From positions 919,101 to 983,100 of the forward strand of contig OZ287701.1 in NCBI GenBank assembly GCA_965649825.1: a DNA stretch of 64,000 nt, read 5' to 3'. The stretch comes from Penicillus capitatus (Eukaryota > Plantae > Chlorophyta). The position numbers and the translations under genes are program-made. This document shows, piece by piece, positions 47,017 to 59,388 of the stretch (position 1 is its first letter; each line of letters begins with the position of its first letter). The notes below the pieces were generated by a model. The model worked only from the letters and a program-made list of their open reading frames with translations, was not told the origin of the DNA and made no database searches.

Positions 47017-50000
47017 TTACTCTTTTATCGTAACCTTCTCAAACAATCCCGGAAACTTCTCTTCGAACTCCTTTCTCAAATGCTTAAGACACCTATCCAA
47101 AGTTTCCCCGTCCCACCCTCCAATCTCGTGCGATGATACTGCATGCAACACAAAAGAAACTTTCTTATCTCTTGTCTGAGGATCCAGTGTAAACGGGTTT
47201 CGAATAAAAATGATCAAAAGATTCTTCTTCAAAGCAGAGATACTTGTCTGAGAAATAACCCTATTGAGTCTTAATTCACTTGATGTTGTTTTTGGAGTTC
47301 GGTGAACAAAAAGGTGTTCGTTGCGATATTGTTTCTCCGACATCGGCAACATTTCGCCTGTGAGACGTAGAACCGTCTTAACGACTTCACCGATGGCTTT
47401 CAACGCATTCGAACGCACATCACTGTGTTCATCCATGCGCCCTCTCTCGAGCAACGGCATGAGTTCACCCACGAGGTGTGACGCCGCTCCCACGGCTTTC
47501 AACGCATGCCAACGCACATCGCTGTGTTCATCCACGCACCCTCTCTCGAGCAACGGCATAAGTTCATTCGCGAGTTGCGGCGCCGCACTGAGAGCCGCAC
47601 CCACAGCATTCAAAGTTTGCCGGCGCACATCGCTGTTTTCATCCAGGCATCCTCTCCAGAGCAACGGCATAAGTTCATTCGCGAGTTGCGGCGCCGCACC
47701 GAGAGCCGCACCGAGAGCCGCACCCACAGCATTCAAAGTTTGCCGGCGCACATCGCTGTTTTCATCCAGGCATCCTCTCTCGAGCATCGGCATAAGTTCA
47801 TTCACGAGTTGCGGCGCCGCACCGAGAGACAAGCCAACGGCCTCTATTGCTTTCAGACGCACAAAGAAATCTTTGTCGCTGCTGCCTTCCTCAAGTATCG
47901 GCAGAAGTTCATCCGTGAGGTGTGGCATTGCACCGACGACCTTGCCGACTGCTCCAATCGCTGTCCAACGCACGAAATAGACATTGTCAGAGCACCCTCT
48001 TTTAAGAAGATTTAGCAATCCGCCTGCGAGATGTGGCATCGCTATGACGACATCGCAGACAGCTTCTATTGCACTTTGGCGCACAAAGAAGTCTTGGTCG
48101 TTACATCTACTCTCCAGAATCGGTAGGGGTTGGCTTGCGAGGTCTTGTTTCTCCTTAAAGGCTTTCCCGATGTTTTCTGTCGCATTCTGACGTACGAAGA
48201 AATTCTTGTCGGCGCATCTTGTCTTTAGCATCGGTAATAGTTCGCTTAGGACTTGTGGCGAGTCGTCGACAATAGCGATAATAGTAGCCAACGCCTGCCA
48301 ACGCACACTCCAATTTTCATCGTTGCACCACCTCTCCAGCATCTCTAGATGGTCGCCGGCGAAGTGCGGCGACGCCTCGACGACATAGCCGACTGCCCTA
48401 ATCGCCGCCAGACGCACATCTGAGTCTTCGTCGCTGCACCCCTTAACAAATATCTGCAGAACCTCGTCGGCGTGCTTCGGCACTGCCTTGACGACATGAC
48501 CAAAGGCCGTCATCGCCGCCAGACGCACGTTGGAGTCTTCGTCACTGCACCCTCTGCCAAACATCTGTAGGACCTCGTCGGCCTGCGCCGGCACTGCCTC
48601 GACGACGTGGCCGACGGCCTTCATTGCCGCCAGACGCACATCGGATTCTTCGTCAAAGCACTGACTTCCCAACATCGTCAAAAGGTCGCCATTGTGTTGC
48701 GGCAACTGTTCAGCGATTAACTCGAACCTCCTTATGCGTTCTGTTGCATTGCACCAATTATCGGGTTCTTCTGCTCTTTGCAACACCAATTGAACTATCA
48801 TGTCACTCTGCTTTGGAAAATTCTTTATGAGCTGTAGGACATTTTTAATTTTGGCCATGTCCATCCGCGACAACTCGTGCGTACATTCCAGCGGTTTCTT
48901 CGCTTCTTCAATAACGCCATCGAAAACTTGAGGAAAATTTTCTAAAACGCGATGCAGTCGTTGGAATTCATCGACTACGATGTTACGAATTAGAACGTCG
49001 TTAGGGGTGCGCTCCAGCAGTTGGCGAACAGTACCAACAAGTTTGGTTGCTTTTTCGTCGTCCAGAAGATCTTCCAAGTCGTCTTCAGTTGCCTCTTCTA
49101 GGGCTGCTTCGAGAACCCGCATTCTCAACAAAAAATGCTGTATTCCCAGGACTTCGATCGGTTGTTCGTCGACAATAGAAAGCAATTCTCGAAATGCAAG
49201 TTTGCCTCGGCCTTCCGCAAATGCGTGCATTGCGAAGGAGAGTGTCAAAGCATTCTTCTGATTGTATTTTTCTTCTTGAATGAATTTTATTACCCTTCTT
49301 TCTTCATCCGATCGCTTGTTGTTTAAGCTTCTAGCTATAAATTTCCCAGCAAAGAACTCTTGAAAGATAAAACGAGGAAACTGATATTGTTCTCCCTCTT
49401 GAACGAGTAAAAGGAATCCACTTTCCTTGAAGAATTCCAATGTGTTTGTAGTTGTCACATGACGCTCAATAGTCCTTCGTTCGACGAGTACTTGTCCATT
49501 TTTAAGAGCCTCAAAAGCTATTTTCTCCAGATCTTCGAAAAGGACGTTCTTGTTCGCCGTTCTTGCTTTCGGTCTTTCCTGGAACCTCTTCCATACAAAA
49601 CCTGTCACATCGTTGTAGATCTGAAGCGTGCTCGCCCTTTTCCCTCGATCTTTACTGGAGGTACCATGTTTCTTCGATAGAGAACAAAGAATGTGCGCCA
49701 TCACTGGAGTTTGCGCGGTTTCCCACAGACCCCTCTCTTGTTGCAACGAATAAACGAGTCTCGAAGCCTCGTGTTCTTGCAGTTCTTTGTTTATGTAGTT
49801 TCTGAGATGTCGATCATTGAATCCAAGGCACTCGAATTGACAGTCGACTTCCGTCTGTATCCCTCGAAGATTGTATGGCCGTGCGAGTATGAGAATTCTG
49901 CATGCACGCTTTTTGGCTTCAGAAAGGATCTCTCTGGCATTGTCATCGGCTTCTTCCAATCCGTCGAATATTAACAAGGTGCTAGACATATCGAGAGCAT

Positions 50001-52097
50001 CGTTGACCTGGGTATTTAACTCTTCAAATTCGGCATCGTTTCGCTTTTGCTCGAAACACACGTGCGTAACCATCTCTTCAAGCGCCTTTCCTCGCACTCC
50101 TTCGACATTGGCGAGATTTAAACGTCTGATTGGAACTACGAAAATGGCTTTGGACTCCTGAAACATCTCTCCCAGCGCCCATCTGTGTGCGACAACCTTG
50201 GCTAAGCACGTCTTTCCGGAGCCGGGGTTTCCGTGGAGAAGCACTCTTCGGATTTCGCTCTTGCCGGCACCCGATTCCAACGATCTCACTGTAAACAAGT
50301 TTTCCATCGAAACAGGCGTTGCGACTTTTCTCTTTTGTTTGCAGTATTCGTTTGGATTATCTCCTCCATGGTTTGTTGAGCTTTCCCCTTCCGTTACATC
50401 ACCTTCTTCTTCGCGCTGTTTCTCTCTTCCTTCATTTCTTCTTTCCTCGATGATTTCTTCGTACACGATTACATGATGCTCCATATCTTTCACGTGTCCA
50501 CGGACTTCTGATCCAAACAAGGAAGGTACCTGCGATATGGATAGGATTCATATTTGATCGAAGTACTATCACAGACACTCACCGTAGCAAAGTTATCGCA
50601 TAGGTACATTTCTTTAAGATCTTCTCTGATCGATATAGCGCGTCCCACGTCTCTGCCAGTCTTAGTTAACAGTTCTTTATGTTCCAGCCTGGTCTTTTGT
50701 GGGCTTCGAGCCGCAAGCTTCTCTTCCATGCTTCTTCCGTCCAACCATGCCATCATCGCGTCGCTAGCAGAGCTCTCGGAGTATCGATGCAAGGCCGTGA
50801 GTGCTTCTTCGGTCTTTTCGATACATTGGCCAGTCTTATGCACCTCGTGTATGACGTCCAGTAGCGCGATCAAAATGTCGTCATCACGGATCCATCCTTC
50901 ACTGATGGCTTGTTGCGTTGTCATATCCGCCAACATGATCGTTGCTTCTCTGCGAGTGCTCTCCGACCATCCTTCAATTGCTAGCATGCCCAACTCGTCA
51001 ATGATTCCAAATCTTAACGCCTTTAAGTCTTCGCCGTTTTCCATCCTTCGTTGATTCTCTATTGTGATACTGCTAACGGACACAAGAAAGTCAAGCTTCA
51101 TTTCGTTCTTCGCTGCCTCCTCCATCCTTGCCTCCATCAGATTCCAAAGCGAGTCGAACCACGGTCTCTTCGACTCCTTCTTGTCAGCGTTCGACTCCAT
51201 CATGTCATTGACAGCGTCTCGGGCCTTTTTAAATGCCTTCTCAATACCTTCAGGATCAATGTCTGCTCTTGCACACTTTCTGAGAAAAGAATCAACGCAA
51301 TAGACAACCAAGATTCCACATCTGATGCATCTCGCTGCTTTTGCAATGCGCGAAGTATCTTTAACCCCAAGGCGTTTCACTGCTTGACGAAGAGCTTGGA
51401 AACAGAACTTCACAGGGTAGTATTTACACGATTGCTCCAAATCTCTCTCCTTTTTCGCAAGTGCTTGACGAATCTTCTGCTTCGTATCTTCTTCGATTCC
51501 ACTCTGGTTGCTTTTTTGGAGTAAGTAGAGGGTTTGCTGAAGTGTAAGAAAGCTCTTTCGGTACACCCAGAAGTTCTCTCTTTCAAGTTTCGGTCTCGCT
51601 GACAGACTGCCCAAAAGCTTCCTTGTTACGACCACCAGCTCCGCAACACCGCCGTACACTGAAGGATCGACGTGCACAAGTGCCTTGTAGAGGGCGGCGG
51701 CGAAGCTCGGTGTTAGAAATCTTCCCTCGGGTATACAGGAACAAAGGTCATCGAACAAGTTCTTTATAATGTCTTGCTCGCTTATGGAGCGTGGAGCGAT
51801 GTTGACCAGTTCTGCATACTCAAGGACTGTCTTCGGCGTGAGACAATCTTCCCTTCGCTCGTGATATTTGCTCAGCCATCCGAGGAGGACAGCGCGTTCG
51901 TTATCATCTGTGGTCGCGTTGTAAGCCGCAACCAGCGATCTGGTGCTGTCGATGTTGTTTTTCTTTACGATGGCACGCAGAAGCTTTGGGTCGCAACGTT
52001 CTTCGACCCCTACGTTCTGGGATGCGAGCTGGCTACTTGTTTCCGACGCAGAGGACCTAACGCCGCTGGGTCCTTCGTCAGGAGCTCGGGCTTGCAT
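47017..52097 (-). CDS. NLR-like STAND protein N2 (~1675 aa): helical N-terminal domain, NACHT, ~12 HEAT repeats. Exons 52097-50583 and 50529-47017.
   Basis: A 53-nt phase-0 intron at the same position as in N1. GNPGSGKT, LLIFDGLEE, LARPY, CLGF and FPRFIFQEFFA, followed by 37-aa HEAT units. Confidence 0.92.
47310..48702 (-). repeat. HEAT repeat array of N2 (~12 units), with a recent local expansion of DENSDVRRQTLNAVGAA units
   Basis: Near-identical DNA units at ~47560-47830, including a 12-bp internal duplication (GCACCGAGAGCC). Confidence 0.9.
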
Positions 52098-52631
52098 GTT
52101 CGCTTGTGGTCTGCAGGACAAGCGTCTACGCCTTTTGTTCAATGAAACGGAGAAATCCACTTACCGTCGAAAGAGTTCGCAACAAAGTTCGCAGTGGAGA
52201 AAGATGTGTCCGACGTTGTCATTGACGTTAAATGCGAGTGAGTTGATTGATTTGACGTATCCTACCAAGAGAGCAGATACCAGTTATAGATGCAACGTTC
52301 GAGAAAGGCAAAGTATGTTGTCAGAACTAAAAAGCGAGAACCAGCAACTGACCCATCAGTGTTGCAAACTGTAGTCGTCTGAAATCCTACAGTTTGTTAA
52401 TTGCACACCATGGGCACTGACATTGAAGAAGAGACTTAGTGGCATGGACCGACGCGATCACTCAGTATTTCCGGTTCCTTCGAATCTTCATCCGTTGTCG
52501 TGTTCGTTGACGGACAACGGGTTGACGACGAAGGCGTATAGCTTACAAAGACTATTTGTACAATGATTGTAAGAATTTATATAATCCTTTGGACAGCTGC
52601 ACGAAGGTGGACAGCTGTCCACTGACATGTG

Positions 52632-52645
52632 CCCACCCCCTTTCC
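52632..52645 (-). other. TRIM polypurine tract
   Basis: GGAAAGGGGGTGGG, 4 nt upstream of the 3' LTR. Confidence 0.8.
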
Positions 52646-52940
52646 GTTGTGCAGACTCCGAATAATGCGAACGGAACACATTTCACGATAGTCGGGATGT
52701 CATCAGGCTGGCCAGGAGTCGAACCAGGGCCATCGTCACGTGGCTTCTCCCTCTGCGGCCCATTCGCCGCAGCTTTGTAGCTCTTACGTCTCTGAGACTT
52801 CAGCGCCGACTCTGGAAATTCGAACCGTACTTCACAGCGACAACACGTCCGTGGTGACCCAAATAGAAAACGTAAACACGGACAAAGTAACAACGAACGT
52901 AAACACAACAATGCGCAACAGCACGCTTATCGCAGCGTGA

Positions 52941-53059
52941 AACTGAAACGCAGCAACTCGGACGGTGGAACTGAAACACAACAACTCGGACGGTGGAACT
53001 GAAACTTAGCAGCTCGGACGGTGGAAGGTGGAACTGAAACACAGCAGCTCGGACGATGG
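52941..53059. repeat. Four 28-bp tandem units (AACTGAAACnnAnCAnCTCGGACGnTGG) inside the TRIM
   Basis: Units start at 52941, 52969, 52997 and 53032, with a 7-nt insert between units 3 and 4. Confidence 0.85.
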
Positions 53060-53163
53060 AACGAACTACAGACTGCAGGTGGTAGGTAAAACGCTGTCAC
53101 AACGGTCGTGTCTTGGAAAGTCTTCAGTCTTCGATGACGGGATTCTATCGCCGGAATCTTTGT

Positions 53164-53176
53164 CGCTCCGAAACCA
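53164..53176 (-). other. TRIM primer-binding site, resembling the tRNA-iMet complement
   Basis: TGGTTTCGGAGC compared with canonical TGGTATCAGAGC (one mismatch, one G:U wobble), immediately 3' of the 5' LTR. Confidence 0.7.
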
Positions 53177-53833
53177 TGTCGTGTTCGTTGACGGACAACG
53201 GGTTGACGACGAAGGCGTATAGCTTACAAAGACTATTTGTACAATGATTGTAAGAATTTATATAATCCTTTGGACAGCTGCACGAAGGTGGACAGCTGTC
53301 CACTGACACCGTTCTCATGAAGGCAAACGTTAAATTCCTACCTCCCAATAGTGTGATCTTGTATTCACATCACCTCTCTGCATTGAGCTCTTACCGATTA
53401 TCAAGTATCTTTCATCTAAAGCTTCTTATCTTGTGTCATTTTTTCTTTACTGGGTACCATACGATTCGCTTCACAGCCGCCACCCACGAAGCACACAGAC
53501 GATGCTGGATTGCGAGCAACAAAGTAGAATTGAGACGCTCTTATGACCAGTCCTGTCGTCATGGCGCTGAGAAGGGATACCAACACAGCAACCGGCAAAA
53601 CTCGTTTCGAGTCGTCGTCCAACGACGCGACGTCTAACGCGAAAAATGCCACCTTCGGATGATAAATGAACAAACGAACACTGCCATTACAGACAATGTC
53701 TGTCGTTTGACGACAATTGAGGCTAATGATTTCGAAAGAAAAAACTGCAAGGCCGGTTTCTGGCACAGGAAACCAATAAATGTGACACTGTTCTGCGGAG
53801 GTATTCAAACGACAGGCGACAACGCTACAAGTA

Positions 53834-55036
53834 TTACGCCTTAGCCCCGAATGTTTCAGTCATCGTGCCTTCGTCGTATCTAGTTCCCTTGATTTTGTCC
53901 GCGATATCATTCAGCTTCGCCATATCATCGTCTGTCAGCTTCACATTGAAGGCTGCAATGTTCTCTTCCAACCTCGTCGCTCTTTTTGTTCCAGGTATAG
54001 GGAAAACATCCTCTCCTTGAGCATGCAGCCAGGCAAGAGCCACTTGGCCTGGCGTACACTCTCTTGCTGCAGCGACTTCTTTGACAATTTCCACGAGTTT
54101 AAGATTGTCTTCGAGGTACTCGCTGAATCGCGGAATTGTCAATCTCCAGTCGTCTGCTGGAAGATCATCTTTGCTCTTGATAGCGCCGGTCAGGAATCCA
54201 CGGCCTAATGGACTGTAAGCCACAATGCCTAGACGCATCACAACTACCTCGATCGCACAGTGCTGCGAACAGAGGACGTCCTACCGATTCCCAGCTCGCG
54301 ACAGACAGGAACGAGTTCTTCCTCGACGTCTCTGGTGAAGAGTGACCATTCCATTTGGTAAGCGGTGATGGGACACAGGGCATGGGCCTTGCGAAGCACC
54401 TCGACGGGCGTCTCCGATATGCCAACGTACTTGATCTTTCCTTCTTCCAACAGTTCCTACAAACAGATCACTTATGCATAACAGCAAGGCCTTTGTCTAG
54501 ATCCTCACTTTAAATGCGCCCATCGTCTCTTCGATAGGAGTCTTCTTGTCGTAGCGATGCATGTAATAGAGATCGATGCAATCGATTCCCAGGCGATCCA
54601 ACGAACCTATTCAGGAGCAGTCGTCGAATTGCAGGCGCAATTGGCGGCTGGCCTTGGCAGCTCTTCTTGACGTATTCGGGAGTCGTGTTATAACTGCCTC
54701 CTTCCGGTGACAGAACAATGCCGCACTTCGTCGCGATTTTGAATTTCCCTTTTTTGTCCTCTGTCGCTTTCTCTGAAAGACAAAACGCAATGTCGTGCAT
54801 CGGAATTGATAGATCAAACACGAACTGATCAGTTCCTCGTTGGTAAAGGGACCATATATGTCCGCCGTGTCCAGCATCAAGTGCTCGTGTTCCACGGCTT
54901 TGTCGAAGACACGCATCGCCTCAGCCTGCGCCTCGTCGCTCTCGAATCCCTTATAGAATGAACTCATGCCCATGCATCCGAGTCCTTGCGCCGCGCATTC
55001 AAACCCTTGTTTTCCACACTTGCGGACAGGCAACAT
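53834..55036 (-). CDS. Aldo-keto reductase paralog A8 (inverted twin of A3), 4 introns
   Basis: Full motif set (DTADIYG...). Promoter, introns and 3' flank are shared with A3. Confidence 0.93.
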
Positions 55037-55474
55037 ACTGACTACTCTTGTTCAAAACGCGTCAAAGCGTTTCCGTCTCCGGATTTTATACGCCAACGAA
55101 ACGTAAAGGTTACGTAAAAGTACTTGTTTCGCTGCAGACGTAGTGATGACGTGTCCCTGGTTGATCAAGTTGCATAGATGGTTTCAGATGATTTCATCCA
55201 GGCGCATTGAATGGAGTCAGCACGGATGTCTGATGTGCGGACAATGGCGACGATGACGTCTAGGTAGAGCGATTTTGGGAGCGGTCCCATCAAATGCGCG
55301 TCGTTTCTTGCTCTCACTCTCCATTGCCGTGGAGACTCCTGCATGTGAGCAATGTCAAATCAGAAATCAGATCTCCTTTCTCCGACGAGGCATGGAGTTC
55401 CGTTTGAAAGAAAGCAGGACGATTGGCTCAGATTCCATGTTCTAAGGTTCTTCAGCTGCTTTTGCCTCAGAAGC

Positions 55475-56769
55475 TCATCCGAACGTCGTAAAGATCCACT
55501 CTTCACGATACCTCATCCCTTTAACCTTGTCGGCTATTTGACTGAGCTTTCTCTTGTCTGCCTTTATGAGCTTCACGCTGATAGCTTCTACATCCTCTTC
55601 AAAACGATTGAACCCGTTTCGTACGAGGAATGAAAAAGACGTCATCCTCCTGAGCGTGAACCCAGGTAATCGCTACCCTGAGATGCCGTGCGGCCTCTTT
55701 GATTCGTCATCGCCTGCAAGACTGCCATTAGCCTGAGATGATCATCAAGCAACTCACTATTTCGTGGAAGAAGGCCACGCACATCTCCCGCCGTCACATC
55801 CTCTTCCCTCTGAATCATTCGCGTCAAGAACACAGGACACAACGCGGTGTAGACCACAATGCCTGAAAGAACATGATCCTCAGGGATGCCATATTGTGTG
55901 GTGATGTATGGAAGACCGATTACCAGTTCGCGGCGTGTTGGAACTGACTCTCTTCGGCGTCGTTTGAGAAAGAGGAGAGGGAATAGTCATTGAGGGTAAA
56001 GACAGAGTCATCTCGATGCGCTCCTAAGGTAGTACGCTGGGTTGCTAGGTTTTGCGGTAAGTTATCCCAATACTGTTGCTCAAAATCGGGATGGAGACCA
56101 TTCCATCTGATAGGAGGCGATGGAACACATGGTATGGCTTTGTGCAATCTCGGAATGTCCACTTAGTCTTTTCCTCATTGATCACATCCTGCGATTATCC
56201 GTATCTCACTTCAATGGACTTCGCCCAGCTATGGTCTGTCATCCATCACCTCAAAAGCGTCCATTGTATCCTCCATCGGGATTTTACGGTCATACCTATG
56301 CAAACAGCAGAGGTCAATACAATCCACACAAGCATGCTCGAGGGAACCTACGTGGAAGCTACACTTCGATGTATCGTTATCGGATCTCTGCACGCCTCTT
56401 TGAAATGATCCGACCTCGAGTCAAGCTACATCTCTCCATTGTTACAATGACACCGCATTTGGTTACAAGCTTCAGCTTTCCTTCCTGTCAGCTGTCCCCT
56501 TCTCTGCCACATATCATCTATCGTTTCCAATTCCCGACCGAAATCGAACGCTTACGGATCAGTCGCTTCTTTGACACATGGACCGTAGACTTCAAAGGTA
56601 TCTAGCTCAGGATCCGTATACTCGGTCAGTTTGTCAATGACACGCGCATAGCCTTTTCTTTTGCGTCATCGGTTTCGAAGCCATCTTAGTGGGAACTGAT
56701 GCTCGTGTAGCCGATCCACTAAGCGGTGCAGACAAGCACCTGGCTTTCACATCTGTGAACTGACAATAT
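55475..56769 (-). pseudogene. Decayed aldo-keto reductase A9
   Basis: The start codon is mutated to ATA. It reads ILSVHRCESQV..TA*WIG..H*DGFETDDAKEKAMRV, LVTKCG, CIDLCCLHRYDRKIPMEDTM, GIVVYTALC, WVHAQEDDVF and IADKVKGMRY, with stops and frameshifts. Confidence 0.88.
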
Positions 56770-56973
56770 CGCCGTAACCACGGTCCGGCAAACGAAGAAC
56801 ATCCAACAAACGATCGCCGCCTTTCATGCGGAGTCCCCTTTCTAGATCTCTCTTCCTATCGCTCTTCGTCGAAGCCCGTGTAGACTGCTTTGGAACGCGT
56901 CACATGAGACGGACTGCTCGGAGCACGTGCAAGACTGATGGGACAGGGGATTCTTGGAAGGAAGGCGTCTTGA

Positions 56974-57429
56974 ATGCGCGATCCGTTTTCAGTTCTGGGC
57001 GTCTCATCGAGGGCGACAAAACAAGAGGTCTCTTCGTCGCTCGTGTCGTAGACGGTCATGCTAGCGTCCTTCCGCAGGTAAAGGCAGCCTATCACCGACT
57101 GTGTTTGCGATTCCATCCCGACAAATGTCCTCCACATGAACAGCAGACAGCCAAGCTTCGCTTCAGTCAAGTCTCCGAAGCCTACGAGGCCTTAAGTACA
57201 GAAGAGTGACACGTTCTGTCTCCACACTGAAATGCCATTCTTCCAGTGAGACGACGTTCATTTGGTATACACCCAGGTTTTGCATGTGAAAGCCAAAGTG
57301 TGAGAAAGATGCGTCCGTCACTCTTGTGTATTTCTAGTTTCGGTTCCCAGAAAGCGATTCTCGAATGCAGCAATTGCTTCGATAGTGGCTCTGCCTATCG
57401 CAATCTCTTTCTGCTTTCTTGGACTGTAA
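56974..57429 (+). CDS. Small J-domain (DnaJ/Hsp40) co-chaperone with a probable C-terminal hydrophobic tail; 3' exons tentative
   Basis: MRDPFSVLGVS...|VKAAYHRLCLRFHPDK...FSQVSEAYEAL contains the HPD motif (intron 57028-57077). The downstream frame FSNAAIASIVALPIAISFCFLGL* ends at 57429. Confidence 0.8.
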
Positions 57430-57686
57430 CTGCCGAAAAGAGTGAGATACCAATCGACGATCTGTCATGTTAGGAAGTACGAACAGCTGAAGCATCAGAC
57501 TGGCAGACACCAGGGATTGCTCAACCCTCCAGTCAATCCATTCCTCAAACCGAGAAGGCGCTGAAGATGATACAGCTGTCGCATCGAACAGGAGATCTTA
57601 TGGCCGTGCACAGAGTGCGTTTGCACAGACGGCGTTTACATGTTTGTTGATCGCATTGTACATCGCTTCTTGTCTTCAGCTTCGTT

Positions 57687-58636
57687 TCAGGCCGCCGTCT
57701 GCCGCGACGCCGCGCAGCGATTCTCGATTCTAGACGGAACGTTTCTGAACTTCTTCATCTTGAACGGCGCACGTCTTCGTTCTGCATTCGATGCATCCAA
57801 CATCTGTGCCACACAACGTCGACTGGACGGAGAGGCGGACGCGTACCTCTGCAAAGTGTTCAGCTCCTCGCGCGTGTCCTTCACTCGCCTTGGTCGAAGA
57901 GGCCATGCGCTTCATCCTGAGATTCCGCTGCTCGCGATCCTTCTGCTGCGCCTCACGGATCCATTCGCATTGAAAGGCGCCTTGAATCAACTGCTGCATC
58001 TTGGGTTCCTTCTCACTAACAGCACAGACTCATGCACTGTATCGGATGTGTGCGCCGCCATCCGCACCCACCCAAAGTTTCGGATCTTCTCTGCCGAGCG
58101 ATAACTGCTCTGCATGCCAAAGGTGCGGTCGTCGAGGTGGGTTCCGGAAGACGGTCTCTCTCGACGAACGCCTCGCGTCACCGTCATGGGATGCTCTGAA
58201 CGAAAGGCACGCATCCCCTTCGCGTCCGTGACGCCGCTGCGAAATGCTCCATCTCGCCGAACCACGGAGTCTCTACCTACCTGATCGTCGCCCGTTTGTT
58301 CATGGCTTCGAAATCGGGTCCCGGCTTCGTATCGGGATTCGGTTCGTGTTCCTTCCAGATCATCGTCACTGACGGACGACGTCAGGCTAACCCAGACGTC
58401 TTTCCATGCCTACCTTCCCGCGCGCCCTCGTCATGCGTTGCGCTTTTGACACCGTAGGCGTGACTCAAAGGCGGAAGCGCCGTGGTCGGTGATTTGACCT
58501 GCACGCGAGTGACGACACCACAGAGGGGGATCCCTCGTCGAAGACAGACCTTGCCGAGTTCAGGTCTCTTCAACAGACAATTCGTTTTCATGCTCGTGCG
58601 CGTTACGCCGCAACGCACGTCCTCTGAGACAGACAT
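57687..58636 (-). CDS. CFAP77: Cilia- and flagella-associated protein 77, multi-exon
   Basis: Spliced translation SMKTNCLLKRPELGK|...LP...YG...DEGARE|V..IW..H...GPDFEAMNKRA..SG...TFGM...L.Q..FQ.EW...TKAS...FKMKKF matches the remembered CFAP77 pattern (ELGK, LP..NFNYG, AMN.GA, TFG, W, ET.SS, M..F..V). Confidence 0.82.
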
Positions 58637-58734
58637 CCTCCCTTCTTTACAAAAACAAACACAAACATTCGTCCAATTCCGAACCGTCCATGTCGATGCA
58701 ATCGACCGAATCCGTCATCGCCACATGTCCTGCA

Positions 58735-59388
58735 TTATGTGAGCGGAATGGCCGAGAAGACGAGAGAAATCGCCAAGGCAGTGACCGCTGTCAAAGCGTT
58801 GAAGCGCTGGACTTCGTTCAGAATTCTCCGGGCGAGATCCGAATCTTCGATTTTCTTGAGTCCCTCGCCATCCACTTGCCACATGCCACTCTGGGCAATG
58901 TTGCACAGGCCGCGTTGGCCCGATGCGAAGTAGGCCACGGCAAAGAAGAGCAAAGGCGTCACGGCAAAGCGACTCCAGAATCCAGCCTTCTCCATCACGA
59001 GCCATCCATCCAGTAGAAGGACAATAACGAAGAAGGCACCTCCCAGAATCTTGCGCTGCGTGCGTTCGGTCATGTCGATGTTCGTCAACTGCGAAGCGGC
59101 CAAGGAGCGCAGCTCGGCATTTCGCTTCTCTTTGAGATCGGAGGGGACCAAATCGTCGTCCTTCGCCTTCTCGACCTTCCCAACGAAGGGAAAAAGCGTC
59201 ATGCGGTATCCAGTGTTCGGTTTCAAGTACTTCGTCAGCGCCTCGCCGATGACGTTCGGCTTAAACGCCTCTGTCGCGCGCGTCGCTTCCTCTCTGTCCG
59301 ACTGCGTCGCCATTCTGCGAAACACAACCCGCGGCTTGACGGCGAATGTGGTTGGTCGGATAGTCAAGACTGCATGCATCGTTTTCAT
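58735..59388 (-). CDS. Intronless hypothetical membrane protein (217 aa), probably plastid-targeted
   Basis: Basic, hydroxylated, non-acidic N-terminus and three hydrophobic segments around GLCNIAQSGMWQVDGEGLKKIED. Confidence 0.8.
   Translation of the reverse strand: MKTMHAVLTIRPTTFAVKPRVVFRRMATQSDREEATRATEAFKPNVIGEALTKYLKPNTGYRMTLFPFVGKVEKAKDDDLVPSDLKEKRNAELRSLAASQLTNIDMTERTQRKILGGAFFVIVLLLDGWLVMEKAGFWSRFAVTPLLFFAVAYFASGQRGLCNIAQSGMWQVDGEGLKKIEDSDLARRILNEVQRFNALTAVTALAISLVFSAIPLT

Larger units (their letters stand above)
52496..53308 (-). mobile_element. Non-autonomous miniature LTR retrotransposon (TRIM-like), 813 bp
   Basis: Two identical 132-bp LTRs (52496-52627 and 53177-53308) with TGTC...GACA ends and a 4-bp TSD CCGT (52492-52495, 53309-53312). 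The PBS TGGTTTCGGAGCG abuts the 5' LTR and the PPT GGAAAGGGGGTGGG precedes the 3' LTR. The empty site is visible in the other arm at ~14120-14125. Confidence 0.93.

Noticed and set aside
52941-53059. CRISPR-like short repeat array
   Set aside because: The units are contiguous 28-bp tandems with no unique spacers and no cas genes, and they lie inside a eukaryotic TRIM.
53416-53808. 130-aa ORF downstream of A8
   Set aside because: The homologous left-arm region (13600-14000) has indels that break the frame.
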